Source: Haliotis cracherodii (lineage: Eukaryota). From it: DNA of 64,000 nt. Positions 39,501 through 48,500 of the stretch are shown here, one piece after another. The notes under the pieces were generated by a model. That model searched no databases. It saw nothing but the letters and a program-made list of their open reading frames with translations, and was not told where the DNA came from. A program made the translations under genes and the position numbers. The stretch's first letter is position 1. Each line of letters opens with the position of its first letter. Where the stretch lies: positions 64,666,001 to 64,730,000 of the forward strand of contig NW_027266264.1 in NCBI RefSeq assembly GCF_022045235.1. The letters are read 5' to 3'.

Positions 39501-42500
39501 CCAGAACACCTCAATCTGAGACGGCAGTAACGGGTGCTTTGTAGATGTGCTGCCTGGGAGGGACGAACAAATGCCGGTTAAAGATTAGCAACACGCCAGC
39601 AGGAATTACACAAAAGGAGCCGAGAGGTTTCATTGTTAATGATTTACCTTTCTTTCTGGCAGTCTTCTTTCCACCATCCACTGAATCGTAGTCGGAGTCT
39701 GTTGCGTTGCTGTTGGTGTCTTCGACGGAGTAGGAGGAAGCATCCTCATTCTCCTGGCTGAGGTTCCATGAGTTATCTTCACCAACCGCATCTATAGCTA
39801 GCTGCAGGTTACACACGTTGTAGGACGACAGGTCACGCGCCATCGACACACATCGGAAGATATCCAGTTCCCTCTACAGTTTGAGTGAATGATTGTTATT
39901 CTATGAAGCAGTAAGTGACATTACTGCTGTATCATGTGAGGTTGTAAATAATGAGTCTGGCAAACCTGTGGTTGATAGCATGAGCATAATCCAAGCATTG
40001 TGACCACCAACTCATGACTTTTAGTCAGCTGATACTAGGCTTACCATTGCTTACTGTACAGGGGGCCTATTCTGGCCATGAATCAGCACTTGGCCTGGTT
40101 TACTTGTTCTACTGAATCATTTAGAGACAAAATGCCCAGAAATCTCACTGGTCCATCAGAGAAGTTTTGAAGTATTTGTATCACAAATTTCCTACCTTAC
40201 ATTTACAATAGGTAAACAAAACAAGAAGACTGTCGTATTTTCCACCCATGGGTTAGACAAAATCTATCTTACATTAGCTGGTTTACTGTTTACTGGAACT
40301 TGTCTGGTCGACCACCCAGGGGTTTAACTAGACCTGCTCAGAGAGAGTGTGTGAACTGGGTTTAACGCCGCTTTTAACAGTATTCCAGGCGTGTCAGGTT
40401 AATGTGGGAGGAAAGCCCGAAGTGATGCAGGTCTCAGACGTTTACCACTTCGGTGAAACCAACGAGCACGGGTATGGTGCTGACAAACCTAGAAACATCA
40501 CTGGGGCGAACCGGGATTCGAACCCACAATCATAGGTTAAGGGATGCAACTCTGCACAGTGAATCAAGGCGCCTCAGATGACTGGGCCACCCGTGCCCCT
40601 GACCTGCTCAGAGGCCGACATTTGGTCCCAAGTCTGCAGCAAACAACAGTAAAAATTCCCAATTTCAATTAAAAATTTCATATATAAAACATCCAATTTT
40701 GAACAAAACACGATTTTCCCCAATTTGCCTCCCAAGGAAACTTAGTCTGGAGTCCTCAATTAATCCCTGCCTCCATATTGATCCCCCCTGCACAGAGCCT
40801 CATTACCAGGCAACTCCATGGAAGTGAAACATGCAACTAGTTCTCACCAGTAGCTGTCTGCACGTGCTGGTCAGGGGCTCGAAGTCCTCGCTCCCCTTAC
40901 ACAGGAAGAAGAGCTGTGTTGTCAGTTGGACATGCTGCAACAGAAATCTTTGTTACTCCTTGTTACACTTACTGGCCGACCTTGAGTGCACAACATCACC
41001 AACAAGGCAGTGGACATCACTGTTAAAGTACTGTCAGGATTAAATGCTAGCATAAGTCCCATATGTAGTAACATGTACCACTTCATTTAATTTCATCAAG
41101 TGACTCTTGACAAGTCAAAGATATCTGGTGAGGTGAAGTCGCTTTCAAGATTATTTCACTGATATAAGTTTTGCTGCAGTTTAACATGGATACCCCCGTC
41201 AGACACAGTACACTGAATCCATGCCGACCAGTCCTTGTTTTATTCCCTGAATTCCAAGGGCCAGCCAGGGTAACAACAAGTACCATCTTTTAAGATCTTT
41301 TGGTATGACACGACCTGGGATCCTCGGGCAAGTGAATTCTTTTCAAATTGTGCCTCTGTTCACCCAGCAGTGAATGGGTACCCGGTAGGATGAGATGGCA
41401 ATGTGGTTGTTAACCTTCAAGCGCCTAACAGGCAGCATGGGTAGTATACTCCCCATGGAGCTGAGAATGATTGTTGAGTGGCCACAGATCCATTGACCGG
41501 GATAATAAAATGTCTATGCGCTTAGAGCACGCGTATACATGGAGTACAGTGCCAAATAAACTGACTATTATTATTATTATTATTACAGTTGTGGACTGTC
41601 AGTTCTGTAAGTGGCAGGAGTATAGGGAAAAGTGATTCTTTACTCATAAACCATGTCCTGACATTACAATTACATGGAGCAACTGAACAAACAAAGCATT
41701 ATTTTAGTTTGACCGTAACATACCTTTCGCATTTGTTCCTCGATGAGCAGTTTCTCCTCTGCAGTGATGATGAGAGCATTCTCCTCCAGTTCTGCCCGAT
41801 GAACACTGGTGAGGGAAGCCTTAATAGGAGACTTTTTGGCCTTGACGATCGGCCTTCTGGAACAGACAACACCGATATTACCATATATACTAGTGGAAAA
41901 CTACAGCCAAAGTCCAAATACACATGGATTCATTACAGCTGCATGCTATCTTTGTGCAAAGATTTGTTGGTTGGTTTGTTGATTAATGCCACACTCAGCA
42001 ATATTCCAGCCATATGACGACATTATGAAAATGATAGAGTCTGGAACAGACTATACAGTGATTGATATAATGAAGATAATCCTCCACCTATACCTCCTAT
42101 GGTATAATAGATCTACCAGGAGACGGTCAGTACATACTGTGGCAGTGGTTCCCCCAGGTACATAGACTTATCTCCCTCCTATACATGGTATAATAGATCT
42201 ACCAGGAGACGTCAGTACATACTGTGGCAGTGGTTCCTCCAGGTACATAGACTTATCTCCCTCCTATACATGGTATAATAGATCTACCAGGAGATGGTCA
42301 GTACATACTGTGGCAGTGGTTCCCCCAGGTACATAGACTTATCTCCCTCCTATACATGGTATAATAGATCTACCAGGAGACGGTCAGTACATACTGTGGC
42401 AGTGGTTCCCCCAGGTACATAGACTTATCTCCCTCCTATACATGGTATAATAGATCTACCAGGAGACGGTCAGTACATACTGTGGCAGTGGTTCCCCCAG

Positions 42501-45500
42501 GTACATAGACTTATCTCCCTCCTATACATGGTATAATAGATCTACCAGGAGACGGTCAGTACATACTGTGGCAGTGGTTCCCCCAGGTACATAGACTTAT
42601 CTCCCTCCTATACATGGTATAATAGATCTACCAGGAGACGGTCAGTACATACTGTGGCAGTGGTTCCTCCAGGTACATAGACTTACACATGGTATAATAG
42701 ATCTACCAGGAGACGTCAGTACATACTGTGGCAGTGGTTCCCCCAGATACATAGACTTATCTCCCTCCTGTACATGGTATAATAGATCTACCAGGAGACG
42801 TCAGTACACACTGTGGCAGTGGTTCCCCCAGGTACATAGACTTATCTCCCTCCTATACATGGTATAATAGATCTACCAGGAGACGGTCAGTACACACTGT
42901 GGCAGTGGCTCCCCCAGGTACATAGACTTATCTCCCTCCTATACATGGTATAATAGATCTACCAGGAGACGGTCAGTACATACTGTGGCAGTGGTTCCTC
43001 CAGGTACATGGACTTATCTTCCTCCTCCTGTTCAGGGAACAGTTCGTCCAGTTCATCTATCAGCTGGTTCAGTTCCTTCTCTGAAACAATTGGTGAGAAT
43101 TAGGCAAACCAAGACTTACAGTCATCAACTGAGACATGGGGCGGTTGGGTAGCCTAGTGGTTAAAGCGTTTGCTCGTCACGCACCTGGGTTGGATTCCCG
43201 ACATGGGTACAATGTGTGAAGCCCATTTCTGGTGTCCCCCGCCATGATATTGCTGGAATATTACTAAAAGCGGCGTAAAACCATACTCACTCACTCACTC
43301 AACTGAGACATCAGAGACTGACCAACATAATTAGAAAATTTATAACAAATTGTACATTTATGTACCTGTCCATTTACCATACCTATCACACTATGCATTT
43401 CTTCCTTTTTCTTCGATCCTGGAGTGGAAATGTCTTGGAACAAAGTTTCCAGATTCCCAAAAAACACTTCACCCCAACACATCACATACGTCACCACCTA
43501 AACAATGGGTCATGCACCACTGCAATCCTGTGCAATACAACCCTTTGCATCCTGATCACCTGCCTCTTCATTTTCTTTCTAGAGCATTTAGGCTGGTGTA
43601 ACTGTGACGTGGGGATAATTGGATGGATATTAGCATGTCAGTGCTGAGGTGTTCTTTTACAAACACTCCCTCACCGGCCAGTAAGGTTCGACAAGAGAGA
43701 CCTTGCACATATGCTCGTTGGACGTAAGACTGATCTGCTTGGCATCTCTTTTGATGATTCATCAAAGAAATCAATCATGAATGTGGGACTGAAGCATGCT
43801 AAGACGAAAGAGGAAACGATCGACAACCGTACAAGTCTTCAACCAACTACTGAAACATGACATGCACAAGAATGAGGTGATTGGGACACCATTTGTACAA
43901 ATGGCCTCACCTCTTGCATAGTGACTTCAATGGCGCAGACCTATGTATGTACCTTCTGTCTGGGAATTCGTCTGGAGACTCAATGAGGACAAAAACAATA
44001 AAACAATTTCTAGGTTTATTGTCTAGGATACGACGAGATGTGGGACAGTAGCACATGGGTATCCTCATCTGCACTGAGGGCTGCTGTCAGTTGCTCGGGG
44101 GGGGGACCAATCGGATGAAGTCCCTGGACATTGGTTACTCAGATATCTCAAAGGCAGTGGGACACCAACACTGTTTACAAACCTCTGATGACCTTTCTTC
44201 AAAATGTTGGCACAGTGCGTCAGATAATTTTACAACCATGAGTGACTGAGTAAGTTGGATCTAATGCTGCTTTTAGCAATATTCCAGTAGTATCACAGCA
44301 GGGGACACCAGAAAAGGGCTTCCCACATTGTACCCAAGGTAAACAGAAGTTTAAAACAATGTTTAGAAGAAAGTTTGGGAGAATAAAAGTATGGTAACAA
44401 TTAATCATGAGGGCATAGTATTGTTTGGCTGAGTATTTGATACAGTTGTAAATTGCAATCCGGATACATTTGACTTCAGCAGTACACATATACCATCTGT
44501 CTGAAGCAGTGATGGAGGATGCGAGAGCTGGGCTTAGCATCACCTTGAGCATCGCCTTGAGCATCACCTTGAGCATCACCTTGAGCATCACCACAGCCTG
44601 GCACAGACACTGACAGAGGGTAAAACAAAATCTCACACCAGAAATGAAATCAGCCCTTACTTGAAACCCTAAAAGGTCGGTCGAATCTGAAATCTTCATC
44701 CACTTCAACAATTTTTTCAGCTTCCTCCAAGAAATTGAATTCAGGATCATTTGCCTCATCGTCAACTGGCTGATCAACAGGTTCCGCTGAAACATAAAAT
44801 ATGGTCATATTTCAAGTCTCTTTATTTGAGGTGAACATGGTACATGAAATCAACCTTTCTTACCCTGACCTTCAGCAAGAAAATGAAAGACACTGTCCAT
44901 GGTTGGAAATTAACCAAATAAGTCAACTAGCCCAAATGATGAAAATATAGCAATACCCCCAAAATGTTTGAAATTCTACTAGCCCTTAGGATAGCTTTAA
45001 ACATTAACAAACTGGTCCCGGTGAGTAGAATAGTGCTAATTTCTATCCCTGCTGTCTAGCCCATTGCTATAATTATCCTTTGCCAAAAAGTGAGTGAGTT
45101 AGGTTCAATACCACTATGAACAGTGTTCGAGTCATATCACTCAGTGCCGATTTAAGACAGCAAAGTGTCACAAAGGCCACAGGGCCACATGAGTTCTGGT
45201 ATCTATGGTGGTGGCATAATCATTGTGAATTTTGGATTCAAAACCAAGACCAGCAGATCTTGGCACAGCAAAGGAATGTAACTGAGGAAATGCCACTCGG
45301 TCCCAAAGCTTCTGGACTCCTTGTCAAATAAGAGTTTCCGTGAGTGGGTAATGGAATAAGGTTTCCCTTTCAACTCACAGTCTGGTTTGACGAGGGAGCG
45401 AAGGAACTCCTGCCACTCGGAGTCGTCACACTCCGTGTCGTACATATCTGGGGTGATGTCCGGCGCAACAAATGCTTCCTCTATGGCCGTCAGGGACGTG

Positions 45501-48500
45501 TCAGTCAGGGGCAGTTTGGATCTTGTTCTGCGAGCTATTATGTCTGAATGTGTACTCTGGAAAAAAAACAAATTGGAAATTTTAACTATAAATTGTATAT
45601 TTGTATACTTATCCTGTCTCACATTGTGCATTTCTTCCTTCTATCTCGATCCTGGCATGGAAATGTCTCAAAACAAAGTTTTCAGCTTCAAAAGAACACC
45701 TCACCTCAACACATCCCACTCATCACCATGGTCGCTAACATAAACATCAGGACACGCACCACTGCAGTCCCATGCAACCCTACCCCAAGCAATCGGATCA
45801 CCTGATATTCCCTACAGTTCTTCAAATTGAGACCAACTTGGGACCTGTTTGCGACCTGTATTTAGTGCTTGGTTGCCAGTTGGCTCCCATTAATAAAATT
45901 AGCTTGGCAACTAAAATGTTTCACATGTTGAAAGAAACTGAGTTCAACATCGCTTGTGTCTATCGACATCATGACTTCCCTGTTTAGGGTGTAGTGAAAC
46001 TCCTCACAGTGATACTGATGCCTATCTTGCTTCTGATGCTGTTGTCCGTGATGCTGCAAGTTTATGACTTTCTGGTCAGGTGCACATTTCTCAGTTTACT
46101 TTTACAACTTTCAGCAATATTCCAGCTATATGATGGCGGTCTGTAAATAATTGAGTCTGAGCCTGACAATCCAGTGATTGACATCACAACAATTGATCCA
46201 CACAATCAATCTCATTAAAATCATATCTTAGTTCTTGCTACCGCTAAACAAAGATCTGAAGACACCCCATTACGGGTCACGTCAGACCGACCTTGTGCGA
46301 ACTTTGACCGACCAATGGAATGACCAATCAGAAAGTAGCTTTCTCGTGCCTTACGGCACTAATTTCAAATTGGCGACTATGCTTCAAAACATATTTTGAC
46401 AAATTCTCGAAATTTGAAACTTGAACAAAAGAACATTCTGGAATGGCTAATAGATGGGCTCGATTGTATGGATTCTATCGATAAACCCGTAACTATTGTT
46501 CGGAATAAAGATTTCGAGGTTGCATGATTAGAAATCATATTCCGACTGTCACTTTCATAATCTGGTAAGCGACACTCTGATTGGTCGGATGAAAGGTTGT
46601 TCTGACGTGACCCCTAATGGGATGTCTTCAGATCTTTGTTTAGCGGTAGCGAGAACAAAGGTCTGATTTCAATGAGATTGTCCACGCAATTGGGATACAA
46701 TGACATGCATCAGCCATGTCAGTGAGCCTGACCACACAATCCCCTTAGTCGCCTCTTGCAACAAGTATAGTGACCTCATACGACAAGCATGGGTTGCTGA
46801 AGACCTATTCTCAACCAGGATCTTCATGAAATAGAACAACAATAGAAGGTTTGCCATGTAAGATAACAATATGATAACATAGAACTTATCAACATTAACA
46901 TAGCAAATTGCAAACATTCTAAAGAACTCCATTCTTATTCCTGTAAGCGAGAGAGGGAATTCGCTATCGCTGTTTTTAACATTTCAGTTTTATCAGCTTG
47001 ATGAGGGAGGACAGTCCAAAGTGAAGCAGCACAAGCACCAGCATGACGCTGAAATATCTAAAACCATCATCAGGGCTCATTATCATAGATTCCTGGTACA
47101 TCTAAGGGACACAATTCTGCACAGGGCACTGCAGGGCTTATACAATTGGGAACCTGTCAGCCTAAATTTTACAAAAGGAAAAATAGACATCTGCAAGCAC
47201 TACCTGTTAATATGTTCAACAGCTGTGTGCTGGACAAACAAAAACATGACAGATGACTGCCATTTTAAACATAACATTTCATCGTGATAACACTGTATGT
47301 GATACTGTGTACACTATCTCCAGTACCTCCTGTGTTGAAGTGTCTTCCAGGGCTGCCATGGAGTTCTTGAAATGCTGCCCAAGTGCCGATGTACGTTGTA
47401 AACTCACACCTGACGTACAAGCCATAGGACTCCGGAATGTCTGCAACAAGAAGCCCAGGTGTCTCATCAATGGTGGGTTAGAACTGCAAAGTTATTGTTA
47501 AAAGGCAATGTCTGTACACTTGTAACATCATTTTCACTGCAATTTCAACAAAGGAGTTTATTTTTATCCCATTCGCCGTGCGACATACCTCGGAGTCCCT
47601 TGTCTGTGGGGTGTTGACCTGCAGGGGGGTCCTCACTGTGGGGGTGGAGGGGGTGGGGGGCATGGGGGATCCCAGATCACTCGCATGGGAGGATATCATA
47701 CTCTCCATATCGTCGTCACTTTCATGCTGAGCCTAAATTAATTAGACAACACATATTGCAAAATATGCTGATTCAGCAATCCGTTTGGTTGAAATTGTTC
47801 CAAAGAAGTCAGGAAATTTGCTGGGCTTTTCACGGCTTATGAATATGTATCTATGTAAATTGTGATGGAAGCACATGATATCTGCCACTGCCTACATTCC
47901 AGAGTCACATCAAATACGTCACTCACTTGTTTGAGGTGAAGTGGGGTTTCATTTCGCATCCAAGATTATTGCACTGATATAGTGACACGCATGCACATAC
48001 CTAGTCCGGACAGATGCCGCATATCTGCCGCAGTTTAACATGAATACCTCACTCAGACACAGTATATTGACTCCGAGCCAACCAGTCCTTGTTATAGAAG
48101 TATACTGCAGATTGCCAGAGAGAGTAACAACAAGTACTATCTTTTAACGTCTTTGGTATGACACGGCTGGGGATTGAAACCCCGGACCTTCTGCTCTACC
48201 ACTAGACCATGGAGGCGGTGATTGTTTGAGGACACACAGAGAGTTGAGTGTTATGTTTCCCATAACTTCCAAAATAACAATGTTAAGTAGCATCCTCATT
48301 ATCATGTGCTTCCTGACTTGCTGGTATTATTGACATTTGGATAACATTTGAAGCTTCAACATGAAGCCACTGCACTGGCCACAGAACCATTTCAGCTATT
48401 TGCAGCTATCTCAAAGATTTGTTTGGTTGTGGTTCAATGCCAATGTAATTTTCAGGCTGTATGAAAGTGGACTGTAAATAATCGTCTGGACCAGACAATA

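Noticed and set aside
44220-44795. 191-aa minus-strand ORF with MLKV repeats
   Set aside because: Out-of-frame overlap with a GON4L exon plus a 12-bp intronic microrepeat.
45862-46059. Possible extra GON4L exon, or telomerase-RNA template (ACCCTAA near 45984-45990)
   Set aside because: No suitable donor before stops and not needed for phase. The template match is only 7 nt and no pseudoknot or CR4/5 is evident.
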